From an uncultured Nitrososphaerota archaeon (lineage in GTDB: Archaea; Thermoproteota; Methanomethylicia; Culexarchaeales; Culexmicrobiaceae), in contig CAYWZQ010000009.1 in the NCBI GenBank assembly GCA_964462875.1, forward strand, positions 3,618-67,617: DNA of 64,000 nt, given 5' to 3'. The notes beneath the pieces are model-generated. The model saw only the letters and a list, made by a program, of their open reading frames with translations, was not told the DNA's origin and did no database searches. Shown piece by piece: positions 1 to 8,951 of this stretch. The position numbers were made by a program, and so were the translations under genes. The stretch's first letter is position 1. Every line of letters starts with the position of its first letter.

Positions 1-905
1 AGCAAAATTGGGTATCCGAAAAGTGGATGGGTAGTTAGATAATCTAATTTCTCTGAAAGAGTCACCTGCTCAATAGCTTCAATTTTCTGAACTCTAGACA
101 CTATTCTACTTATAATGGAATAGCGTTCTGAAGCAATAATTACTGGTGCCGGCTCTCCATGGAGCTCCTCGAGAGTAGAAGCCAATTCATCAGCTAGCAA
201 CAGGATTAGGGAACCGTTTTCATGGCTTGAAACAACTTTAATAACTTCCTCATCCCTCTCCAAGATTTTAACAGCAATCCATCTCGCAGGATACTTATTA
301 CATAGCTCAGGCATGTTCTTGGAAATAGCCCTCGACAGCACCTGAATTTTCTCTTCAACCTCTCTCCCATATCTGATTTTAAGAGGTTTTAGCTTGACTC
401 TTCCTTCAACAACATCGATTACAGTAGATAAAAGCCTATCCACTCCATAGCCAGTAATTGCCACTGTTGGAATTACTGGTACACCGAGCTCACGCTCCAA
501 GGCATCAACATCTATTTTAATACCCTTCTTAACCGCAACATCCCACAAATTCAATGCTATAACGAGGGGGGCTTCGAGCTCCAGCAATTGAATTGTGAGA
601 TACAAATTTCTCTCCAAGGATGAGGCATCAACAATATTTATAACAACATCAGGCCTCTCAAGAGCAACATATTCTCTAGCCACAATTTCCTCTTGAGAAT
701 AAGCAGAAAGAGAATAAGTTCCAGGTAGATCAAGCACATGAATTTCGTAACCCATATAGTATAACTTGCCCTCAGCTCGCTCAACTGTCTTTCCAGGCCA
801 ATTTCCAACAGTTTGACTAGCACCAGTCAACTGATTGAATATGACACTCTTACCCACATTTGGATTACCAGCTAAAGCTATAGTTATCCTGCGCTTAGCA
901 GGCAA
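1..905 (-). CDS. feoB: Ferrous iron transporter FeoB, N-terminal GTPase part. The gene runs off the left edge of the window.
   Basis: Reverse-strand translation gives ...AKRRITIALAGNPNVGKSVIFNQLTGASQTVGNWPGKTVE..., which matches the FeoB G1 and G-domain motifs. The probable start is the TTG at the reverse complement of 903-905. The ORF track omits it because its stop lies outside the window. Confidence 0.8.
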   Translation of the reverse strand, partial: MPAKRRITIALAGNPNVGKSVIFNQLTGASQTVGNWPGKTVERAEGKLYYMGYEIHVLDLPGTYSLSAYSQEEIVAREYVALERPDVVINIVDASSLERNLYLTIQLLELEAPLVIALNLWDVAVKKGIKIDVDALERELGVPVIPTVAITGYGVDRLLSTVIDVVEGRVKLKPLKIRYGREVEEKIQVLSRAISKNMPELCNKYPARWIAVKILERDEEVIKVVSSHENGSLILLLADELASTLEELHGEPAPVIIASERYSIISRIVSRVQKIEAIEQVTLSEKLDYLTTHPLFGYPIL

Positions 906-907
906 GA

Positions 908-1537
908 CTATTCCTCCACAGTTTTAATAAAAATTCTTGAGGCCACACCTCTCCCTAAAGCCAAGAAACTACCGCGAACCTGAACAATCACTGGGCCACC
1001 AAATGGAGCATTTCTTACAACCGACACCTCTACACCAGGTGTTAATCCCATATCTGCAAGCCTCCTTATGAAACCATAACCACCAACCATAAACGCCACT
1101 ATACCTTTACTACCCGGGGAAAGAGATGAGAGAGGCTTAACATCCTCAATCCTAACATTAAGTGAGCTAAGCTGGCTATGTAAATGGGATAATCCCTCAC
1201 GATCAAGACCATGCCTACTACTCCAATGAGCACTAATATCCTTGCCCCTAAGAAAAGCACTCCACGGATAACTATACTTGTGAACTAGCCGATCATGAAG
1301 AAAACGCTCTCTATGCCTCAAAACCAGTTCGCGACCCCGATCAGTTAAATCATAGCTACTCGAATCTATTAATCCATCCCGAATAGCAAGCTCAATAGCC
1401 CTAACAACACTATCAACCTTAACACCCAATCTCTCAGCAATAAGCTCCGGAGTAGGCTTCAAATTTCTAGATTTAAGTAGTAATATGACTTCAAGTATAC
1501 ATGGAAGCAGCCTTCTAATCCTCCTCTTAAAAATCAC
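908..1537 (-). CDS. DtxR/MntR-family metal-dependent transcriptional regulator with a C-terminal FeoA (SH3-like) domain
   Basis: N-terminal wHTH 'ELIAERLGVKVDSVVRAIELAIRDGLI' is DtxR-like. C-terminal 'KGIVAFMVGGYGFIRRLADMGLTPGVEVSVVRNAPFGGPVIVQVRGSFLALGRGVASRIFI' is FeoA-like. It lies directly upstream of feoB on the same strand. Confidence 0.75.
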   Translation of the reverse strand: MIFKRRIRRLLPCILEVILLLKSRNLKPTPELIAERLGVKVDSVVRAIELAIRDGLIDSSSYDLTDRGRELVLRHRERFLHDRLVHKYSYPWSAFLRGKDISAHWSSRHGLDREGLSHLHSQLSSLNVRIEDVKPLSSLSPGSKGIVAFMVGGYGFIRRLADMGLTPGVEVSVVRNAPFGGPVIVQVRGSFLALGRGVASRIFIKTVEE

Positions 1538-1603
1538 CCTAACACCTCCATTAGTCAGCAGTATTCTAGGATGTGGTGACCACCTATTGTGTGCGCTCAG
1601 CCA

Positions 1604-1621
1604 TTTTCGGTTAACCTAAAA
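1604..1621. promoter_or_regulatory. Near-palindromic 18-mer TTTTCGGTTAACCTAAAA (16 of 18 positions symmetric). Candidate DtxR-type operator in the promoter of the dtxR-feoA / feoB operon.
   Basis: Inverted symmetry read directly from the sequence. It resembles a DtxR-box half-site (TTAGGTTA...). It sits between a TATA-like element (reverse complement of ~1626-1636, AAAATATATTA) and the regulator start codon at 1537. Confidence 0.35.
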
Positions 1622-1645
1622 ATTATGTAATATATTTTGCGACTT

Positions 1646-4132
1646 CTACCTCAAAACCTCTATATGACTTATCCCAGAGTCATCCTTGTACACATGAACT
1701 TGCGCCTCAAAATAAGGGTTATCCCTTACTTCATCAACATGAGATATCACAATTATCTTCTCATAATCCCTTTGCAACTCATTAAGCGTCTTTAACAGTT
1801 CTTCTCTAAACTCACTACTTAAAGGACCGAAGCCCTCATCAATTATTAGGAAACGCGGTGAAACACCAGCCTTCTCAGCTAAAGCCCTAGCTATACCAAG
1901 CCTAATAGCAAAACCTAGGAGCACAGTTTCTCCGCCTGAGTAGGTTGTTAAATCTCTAATCTGGGCACCATCATAGACTATTATTGAAACCTCATCTTCT
2001 CCAGCCTCAATTTTAATGCTCTTACCAGGTAGAAACCTGGAGACATAGCCATCTGCCCAATACTCAACCCTTTCGAGAAAAGCTCTCAGCATAGTTAGAG
2101 GCAGTCCCTTCTCATGGAAAATATATTTATACAAGTAGCTGAGAGCACTAATTCTCTTTTCCAGTTCAGCTATCTTAGCATCCAGCTCTTTAACGCGGCT
2201 CTTCTTATGCTCCAATTCTTGAAGTTGCTGCTTCATTTGCTCCAATCTAGCTTTACATTTATACATTTCACTCATACTTGCTTCAAGCAATTTCTCAACC
2301 TCGGCAAGCTTATCAGCAACCTCTTTGAGGGAGCTTTGAAGCATAGAAAAATCACTGTGAAGTTTAGGAAGCACCTTAACCTCGTTAATTAACTGATTAG
2401 CTTCAGCTTCCAATTCAACTTTCAATCTTCTCAATGACTCAATATTGACTATGCTAGTCTTCACTTTCATCAATTTATTTGAGCACTCTTCAAGCATTCC
2501 CCTACAAGTATTCAATTTACTTTCGGCATCTCCTACACCAACATATTCACCAAATAGCAACTTATACTGCTGAGAAATCTCATTGAATTTAGATTCCAAT
2601 TCACTAATCCTGATTTCACTCTCCCTTAACTCAACAATTAGAGATTTCAGCTCAGTTAATTGCCTATTTAACTGATTTTTCTTTTCAATTAACTTGGCAA
2701 GTTCCTTCTCCCTTAATCTCAAAGTCTCCTCCAAATTTTTCAGCTTATTGACCTCAACCACTAACTTCCTATGCTCATTTTCAAGTAAAGCTATATTCCC
2801 ATTTATCTCATTAAGCTCCTCCCTCAAATGAAATACTGCTTCTCCAGCACGCTCCCTAGTTAATACAGTTTTACATACCGGACAAACAACTTCCTCCCCC
2901 TCAAATTCCTCAAGCGCCCTTATGCTTTCCTCTATATACTTGGAATAGCCACGTAAATTCGAAATCTCTGTCTTTATTCTCTCCAATTCATCATTTAAAT
3001 AACTCATTTTACGTATATTATTTTCAATAGTTTTAATTTCACTATTCAAATCATTTATCCTATCCAGTGTTACTTTGAGTTCTTCTTCGATCTCATTTTT
3101 CCTCGCCAGTAACTGAGCTCTGTTTTTAATGGATTCCCTAAGCAATAATATCTCTCTTTCTATGTTTGAAAGATTCTCCAGCATTGAAATCCTATGCTTC
3201 AATTTCCTATACTCATTTTCGATCTCTTTTTCCATTCTAGCTAGCTCTATGCAACCTCTTAACTCAGCATTTATCTGTTTCAGCTTATCCTCAATATTAG
3301 CAAGCTTCTGCTTCTTATCTTCCAATTGCTCGATTTCACTTTTAATGGCTGAAATTCTTTCTTGAAGAATGCTCTTAGCATTACTTAACTTTTCCCTTTC
3401 TCCTTTTAAGGTGGCCACCTTCTTCTCTAATGACATAAATTTGGATTCAAGCTCTACTACCTTCCTCTTAATTTCATTTTCCAAATGTATATCTCTAAGT
3501 AAAAGCTCCCTTTCCTTTTTAAACTGCTCTAGCTGGCCCTTAAGCATATCATGTAATTCCTTAGCCTTATCCTTATGCTTCTTGAAGTCTATGTCGAAGG
3601 CTCTCAAGAAAATATTTCTCCTCTCTGATGGAGATACATCCCTACTAATCAGCTCTGCAACCCTACCCTGCCTAACAACCACGGTATTTATGAAAGTCTT
3701 GAAGTCCATGCCTATTAGCTTCGCCAATTCACTTTCAACAGCTCTTATTCCAGATGCTATTAGCTCCTTCACCCTGCCAAGATCATCTAATTTATATAGC
3801 ATTGCCCTTGCATCACCGCTCTTCTCGAGTACTCTAATAACCCTATATCTGGATCCATCATTCAATGTGAAGTCAACTTCAACCTTTGACCTTGAAGCCC
3901 ACGTTGGAATCACGTATTTAGCATACTTCTTCTCGGATTGACCATAAGCTCTACCATAAAATGCCAGTGTTATAGCATCAACAAAAAATGTCGTCTTTCC
4001 AGCTCCAGTGCTACCAAAAACTGAAATTGTTGAACCAAGCCTATCAAGATCTAACTCTGCCCTTCTGTAGGTCGCGAAGTTTTCAACCTTAATCTTATTT
4101 ATTATCAATTCACTCGCCCCTCTCAACTTCAT
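1646..4132 (-). CDS. rad50: DNA double-strand break repair ATPase Rad50
   Basis: 828 aa. Walker A 'GSTGAGKTT', long coiled coil with Zn-hook 'CPVC', signature 'YSGGE', Walker B 'LIIDEGF'. Lies downstream of mre11. Confidence 0.92.
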   Translation of the reverse strand: MKLRGASELIINKIKVENFATYRRAELDLDRLGSTISVFGSTGAGKTTFFVDAITLAFYGRAYGQSEKKYAKYVIPTWASRSKVEVDFTLNDGSRYRVIRVLEKSGDARAMLYKLDDLGRVKELIASGIRAVESELAKLIGMDFKTFINTVVVRQGRVAELISRDVSPSERRNIFLRAFDIDFKKHKDKAKELHDMLKGQLEQFKKERELLLRDIHLENEIKRKVVELESKFMSLEKKVATLKGEREKLSNAKSILQERISAIKSEIEQLEDKKQKLANIEDKLKQINAELRGCIELARMEKEIENEYRKLKHRISMLENLSNIEREILLLRESIKNRAQLLARKNEIEEELKVTLDRINDLNSEIKTIENNIRKMSYLNDELERIKTEISNLRGYSKYIEESIRALEEFEGEEVVCPVCKTVLTRERAGEAVFHLREELNEINGNIALLENEHRKLVVEVNKLKNLEETLRLREKELAKLIEKKNQLNRQLTELKSLIVELRESEIRISELESKFNEISQQYKLLFGEYVGVGDAESKLNTCRGMLEECSNKLMKVKTSIVNIESLRRLKVELEAEANQLINEVKVLPKLHSDFSMLQSSLKEVADKLAEVEKLLEASMSEMYKCKARLEQMKQQLQELEHKKSRVKELDAKIAELEKRISALSYLYKYIFHEKGLPLTMLRAFLERVEYWADGYVSRFLPGKSIKIEAGEDEVSIIVYDGAQIRDLTTYSGGETVLLGFAIRLGIARALAEKAGVSPRFLIIDEGFGPLSSEFREELLKTLNELQRDYEKIIVISHVDEVRDNPYFEAQVHVYKDDSGISHIEVLR

Positions 4133-5348
4133 CGATTATTCTAAGGCCTTCACTAATTATCAGCTCAACAACATCCTTCGATAATGAAAGCACTCTCCTC
4201 TTTACAAACACCTTCTCAACATATTCACGGAAAGCCTCCCTAACATCCCTAAAGCTCCCTGAAGATACTATGCACTTAACCCTCACTCTTTGAGGTTCAA
4301 TAAACCAGTGAAGTACATTTATGCTCTTCATGTACTTGCTCACTTCACTCCTATCAATGCCCCTACCATAGGGTAGCTTCACTCTCAATCTTAAAATTGC
4401 TCCATCAGGGATCTTGACTCTTGAAAGAAGCTCAATTAATTTTCGTGTTGGATTAAGTGCACCTGTTAAATCGAAAAATTCCTCCGCATAACCATATTTT
4501 TCTCTAGGAAGCGTAATCAGCGGTCTACATGGAAGCTTAATGAAAGCTGAAGATAAATCACCACCAGCCTCCTCAACTAAAACAACTCCCTTCTCCTCAT
4601 CCTCCTCTCCAAAGTTTATCCTCTCTATAGATCCAGAGTAAATTACTGAACTCGATACTTCTTGATGATAATGAATATGGCCTAAAGCAGTATAGCTAAC
4701 TCTATTATTAATGAACACATGCTTTGGAATGGCAATATCGTATAGCGGTATATATGGTCCATAAGATTCGCTAGGCCCTATTTTCGCACCTTCAACATAG
4801 AAATGCGCTACCGTAACTATATAGTCACATTCCCCAATTGAACTTACAAGTCTACTTAAAGTTGCATCTATAGCATTGACGTAGGCTGCTCTCTCACCAG
4901 CAGTAGGCGGTAAATATGGAAGGCATATGAAGCCAACTTTCCTGCCACTTCTGCTACCCTTCAAAACTAATTTACATGGCTTTTTAATGTAATAGAAGTT
5001 TGGCGCCCTGGCTTCATGGAGAGCCTTAATATAGGCCTCGGTTCTCGTTGTTCTAGGCTGATCATGATTGCCAGCCACAACAATAGTATATATGTCCTTC
5101 TCAGCTAGACTTGCAATAAATCTTGAAAATTCATTCAAGAGTAAGCCGCTCGGCCTAAGTGAATGGAAAACATCCCCAGCAATAATTAAGAAATCACATT
5201 CATTTTCAACTGCTAATTTCCTAATTCTCCATAACTGCTCAATGAAATCCCTATCCCTCTTTTGAATAACTAATGAATTGAAACCTGCACCTCTAACTCC
5301 AACACCTAAGTGAAAATCAGCTGTATGCAGAATTTTAAGTTTAGTCAA
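4110..5348 (-). CDS. mre11: DNA double-strand break repair nuclease Mre11. The track ORF extends to 5441; the likely true start is the TTG at 5348.
   Basis: Phosphoesterase motifs 'HTADFHLG', 'GDVFH', 'GNHD', 'GHIH'. A GGAGGAG Shine-Dalgarno sits about 8 nt upstream of the TTG at 5348, and that start overlaps the herA stop (TTGACTAA). The in-frame ATG at 5372 has no ribosome-binding site. Confidence 0.88.
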   Translation of the reverse strand: MTKLKILHTADFHLGVGVRGAGFNSLVIQKRDRDFIEQLWRIRKLAVENECDFLIIAGDVFHSLRPSGLLLNEFSRFIASLAEKDIYTIVVAGNHDQPRTTRTEAYIKALHEARAPNFYYIKKPCKLVLKGSRSGRKVGFICLPYLPPTAGERAAYVNAIDATLSRLVSSIGECDYIVTVAHFYVEGAKIGPSESYGPYIPLYDIAIPKHVFINNRVSYTALGHIHYHQEVSSSVIYSGSIERINFGEEDEEKGVVLVEEAGGDLSSAFIKLPCRPLITLPREKYGYAEEFFDLTGALNPTRKLIELLSRVKIPDGAILRLRVKLPYGRGIDRSEVSKYMKSINVLHWFIEPQRVRVKCIVSSGSFRDVREAFREYVEKVFVKRRVLSLSKDVVELIISEGLRIIDEVERGE

Positions 5349-7041
5349 TTGTTTGCTCCTCCTTGTAACCATAGGCTTCAAAAAGCTTATCTGATTCATC
5401 TCTTCTAATAAGCTCGCTATAGATTCCTTTGGCCTCCTCAATAGCTTCTCTATAATCCCTTACAGTTACAACTGAAGGAACACTTATTGCCTCACCAAAA
5501 ATGAGCACTTCCCTTCTCCTCAAGCTCTCTATTACTGGCTTAAATAGCTTAGAATGCGGTAGACCTTTAGAGGCTGCCTCAATATCTGAATCCTCCGTCA
5601 AGCACATGACGAAATTATTCCATAGCATGGCCCTAGCATCTTCAAAGATTTGGGAGGGCCTTTGATCTATAATGCATAGAATTATACCTCTCTTCCTCAG
5701 CTCCCTAGCTATATTTCCGAATGGGGTCATGTAGTAGACATTGGGACCGAGAAACTTATGCGCCTCTTCTAAGAAGATCACAACCCTATACTTCAGCCTC
5801 TCTCCACTCATGATCCTCCGAATACACTCATTCCACAGCCTCCTAGCAATTATATTTGCAATTAACATGTAAGCAACCCTATCATCACCATATCTACCAA
5901 AGCTTATAATAACACTCCTATCTCCCCTAAGCAACTCTTCAACTACACGATAAGCGGAATCCTCTTCAAACTCACCTTCCCAATCTATGAACTCATAATT
6001 ACTAAGCCTGGCAAGCTTACCCCTAGCAGATAGAAGAGATGTCAATGCACCAATACCATACTTCTCTCTAATCCTCCTCCTAACACTTTCATCACGCGAT
6101 TCAGGTATGAAACCACATAAAGCCTTCAACCACTCATCACCAAACATGTCCCTAAGCAAGCTCGAAAATGAAGGTAGCAAGTCCATGAAAGCCCTCGTTA
6201 ATCCAAGAGCCTCACCGGACGCTATCAGGTCACTGACCATAATACTTCTATAGTCCAGCTTAAACGCATCTAAACCAGCTTCTCTAGCCAACACCTCATC
6301 CGGCGTTAACCTCAGGAAATCATATTTAAAAGCTAAGCCAACACCATCAGCATACTCCTCACCAAGCTGATCCTTAACCTTTAACCCATACTCGCTATGC
6401 ATGTCAAAAATTAGAAGCTTAACCTTCTTCTCAAATGCACCAGCATAATTGGCCAATAAAATGTATGTGGCAATCAAGTTTCCAAGAAAAGTTTTTCCAG
6501 TACCGCTCTTACCAAAAATTCCGAAGCAACCTCTAACCAAAGCATCAATATTTATTGGTATACTTGCACGCAATTCCTTAGTTGCAATTGGAGTTTTAGG
6601 AGCACCTATATACCATAGCTTCTTCAAATCAGCTTTGCCATAAAACCTCTCAATATCACTTGCCGACGGCACACCAACAGGAGACATTAATTCCGGTATA
6701 CTATCAGCTCTATCAACAACTCCACTCCTAGATACAGCTATTGGAATCAATGTAAGCTCAGCACCAAGAACACCTTGACGCTTAAGTTGAGAAGCAGCAA
6801 CCTCCTGAGCCACTCTTAAATTATTTGAGGAGCCATTCTCACTCCTAGTCAAAAAGTCGGCAATTTCAGTTCCAGACTTCAACTGCAAGTCCGAGATCAA
6901 CGCCAAATACCTATTCTTCACACCGGAAACAACAGCAATAGAACTCGTTCTAATATCCTCGGGGGAATAGCTACTTAGAATCCTAGCCTCCAAGCCTCTA
7001 CTCAAACTACCACCAGTAATTCTAGCAAAAAAATCCTCCAA
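5341..7041 (-). CDS. herA: HerA DNA helicase/translocase (FtsK-HerA superfamily ATPase)
   Basis: 566 aa. Walker A 'GKSGTGKT', Walker B 'VVIFLEEAHKF', 'IDQRPSQI' motif, N-terminal HAS-barrel-like region. Operon context with mre11 and rad50. Confidence 0.9.
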   Translation of the reverse strand: MEDFFARITGGSLSRGLEARILSSYSPEDIRTSSIAVVSGVKNRYLALISDLQLKSGTEIADFLTRSENGSSNNLRVAQEVAASQLKRQGVLGAELTLIPIAVSRSGVVDRADSIPELMSPVGVPSASDIERFYGKADLKKLWYIGAPKTPIATKELRASIPINIDALVRGCFGIFGKSGTGKTFLGNLIATYILLANYAGAFEKKVKLLIFDMHSEYGLKVKDQLGEEYADGVGLAFKYDFLRLTPDEVLAREAGLDAFKLDYRSIMVSDLIASGEALGLTRAFMDLLPSFSSLLRDMFGDEWLKALCGFIPESRDESVRRRIREKYGIGALTSLLSARGKLARLSNYEFIDWEGEFEEDSAYRVVEELLRGDRSVIISFGRYGDDRVAYMLIANIIARRLWNECIRRIMSGERLKYRVVIFLEEAHKFLGPNVYYMTPFGNIARELRKRGIILCIIDQRPSQIFEDARAMLWNNFVMCLTEDSDIEAASKGLPHSKLFKPVIESLRRREVLIFGEAISVPSVVTVRDYREAIEEAKGIYSELIRRDESDKLFEAYGYKEEQTID

Positions 7042-7043
7042 AA

Positions 7044-7706
7044 CTAACCCTCCACCAATATTCTCCTAGCCCTATCAAGCACAATTGATATATTTGAGTC
7101 AACACCCCATCTAGCTATCGAAGCCGAAATCGACTTAAACAATTGAATTCGCTCATCAGAGCTAAACTTTTCAGCTAGAATTGAAAAGAAGGCTTCAGCT
7201 AGAAAGGCGAACTCCTTTACACCCAATATGTGGACTATTAAGGGCACATAATCAGCTTTAAGCTCACCATTAATCCTATGAAAAGCCCTAATGAAATCAT
7301 CACCCGGTATGAATGCCAAGTCATGTATTAGCGGCTTCCTTCTAGGCCTTGAATGATAGAATCTACCATTACGATACCAGCCAATTGATATTGCATGATA
7401 AGTGTCAATTAATCGGTCCTCTAAATCAGGATACCTACTTTTGACCTCACTCCTAGAAGCCCTCATTGGAGCAGGTATTGACTGAAGCCCAGGTGCAACA
7501 GTCATTTCAGATTGATGTACAAGCCCAATGGTTAGATGCGTGCCACAGTTAACTACAATTATTGAGCCATACTCCGGAGTTAAATCATAACCATATTTGT
7601 AAGCTCTAACCTTGAAAGAATAACTGTTAGATTCATATACTTCGCCAAATGCATTTTCAGGACTTGAATAGTAACTTAGCCAATCAACGAACTCCCTAGG
7701 CAACAT
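7044..7706 (-). CDS. Hypothetical protein embedded between nurA and herA, with no recognisable motifs
   Basis: 220-aa ORF. Its stop abuts the herA start (7044 versus 7041) and its start is 32 nt after the nurA-like stop. It has protein-like composition. Confidence 0.5.
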   Translation of the reverse strand: MLPREFVDWLSYYSSPENAFGEVYESNSYSFKVRAYKYGYDLTPEYGSIIVVNCGTHLTIGLVHQSEMTVAPGLQSIPAPMRASRSEVKSRYPDLEDRLIDTYHAISIGWYRNGRFYHSRPRRKPLIHDLAFIPGDDFIRAFHRINGELKADYVPLIVHILGVKEFAFLAEAFFSILAEKFSSDERIQLFKSISASIARWGVDSNISIVLDRARRILVEG

Positions 7707-7738
7707 CTACACCAAAATAAATGATACGGGTGAGCTAA

Positions 7739-8929
7739 TTAAAGTACTCCCCTAATTTTACGCTTAAACTTACCCGAAAGAACTATGCCTGAGCCTCCAT
7801 GACTCCTAATCAGCTTATCTATGTAACTAAGAACCCATCTACGCTCCCTAGAACTTATATAGGCCTCTTCGTGAGCTCTTTCAAGAACATAAGGATATCC
7901 CCTACCAATAATAGATTGGGCAAGCACTACATCTCGGATTACATCAACATAATTCAAACACCATTCTGGAAACTCGACCCTGACAACATTATCACTACTC
8001 AGCTTAAGATAGAAACTCACAATTTTAAAGTGAGGCATGCTAAGAGTAACCGGGTTCAATACTCCAAAAATTGGAGAACACCAGCCCACATCCAGAGCTC
8101 TATTCATTAAAATCGAATCTCTAACAAAAGAAAATTTACTGCAAACTTTCTCACTACTGGCGCAACTCCTACATTCTAAACCACTACATGCAACAAGCTT
8201 TACAATTGAACGCACCAATGCTTTAGACCTAGTATAGAAGACACCAACAGGTATTACATTTAAATCCCTAAGCCTACATAGGAGATCCCACATTGCACGG
8301 GCAACTCTAACTCTAAACTTCCTATCTCTCGTCATGAGATAACTCAATGAAAAGCTCTCATCGAAAAGCACAATTTTATGCTCAACGCCCTTTATGAGGT
8401 CAGCAACATTACTTATCACAGCCAGCTCATTTTCAATTCTCTTAACTTCCAATACCCATGACGGCAGCCTCCTCACGCCTTCAAACTCCTCCGCCAGCTC
8501 ACTATAAATATAGAAGTTGGGGCGACTGCCATTGATGTGATTGGGTTTCTCGCCATAGATTATTGCTTGGAAGCCAACATTAACCAATAGGAATAAGGGA
8601 GCTATGTGAGGAGTTGGTGCAATCTCGCTCGTATCAACACCAATAACGCAGCAATTACTTAAAGCTCTTAGGGCCCATTCATGATCAATAACATCACCAT
8701 ATTTAGGATTTGGAGGAGAAATTTCAGGGCGATAAATTGGATAGGCGAGCTCCCTAAACCTCTTAACTAGAAAATCTATTTCATTCTCCATGCAAGTCAG
8801 ATTTGAAAACCTCAGTTTCATCAAATAATCAACCAGCTCATCTGTAATGTCAGGATATTTCTTTAACTCCTTACTGAGAAGCCCTATTTTACTTTTAATT
8901 TGAACTTGAACTCTAGGAATATCCAGCAT
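7739..8929 (-). CDS. nurA: NurA-like 5'-3' nuclease (HerA partner)
   Basis: 396 aa. Candidate motif I 'VIGVDTSEI' (a DxS-type catalytic Asp) and a later 'ERAHEE'. Sits at the head of the X-herA-mre11-rad50 gene string. The assignment rests partly on context. Confidence 0.55.
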   Translation of the reverse strand: MLDIPRVQVQIKSKIGLLSKELKKYPDITDELVDYLMKLRFSNLTCMENEIDFLVKRFRELAYPIYRPEISPPNPKYGDVIDHEWALRALSNCCVIGVDTSEIAPTPHIAPLFLLVNVGFQAIIYGEKPNHINGSRPNFYIYSELAEEFEGVRRLPSWVLEVKRIENELAVISNVADLIKGVEHKIVLFDESFSLSYLMTRDRKFRVRVARAMWDLLCRLRDLNVIPVGVFYTRSKALVRSIVKLVACSGLECRSCASSEKVCSKFSFVRDSILMNRALDVGWCSPIFGVLNPVTLSMPHFKIVSFYLKLSSDNVVRVEFPEWCLNYVDVIRDVVLAQSIIGRGYPYVLERAHEEAYISSRERRWVLSYIDKLIRSHGGSGIVLSGKFKRKIRGVL

Positions 8930-8951
8930 TTCACTTCAACCCAACACCTAT

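Noticed and set aside
2114-3941. Several plus-strand ORFs (92, 78 and 190 aa) inside the rad50 locus
   Set aside because: They are antisense to the Rad50 coiled-coil region. Their low-complexity Ser/Leu/Phe-rich translations are typical of the reverse frame of K/E/L-rich coiled coils. There is no independent support.
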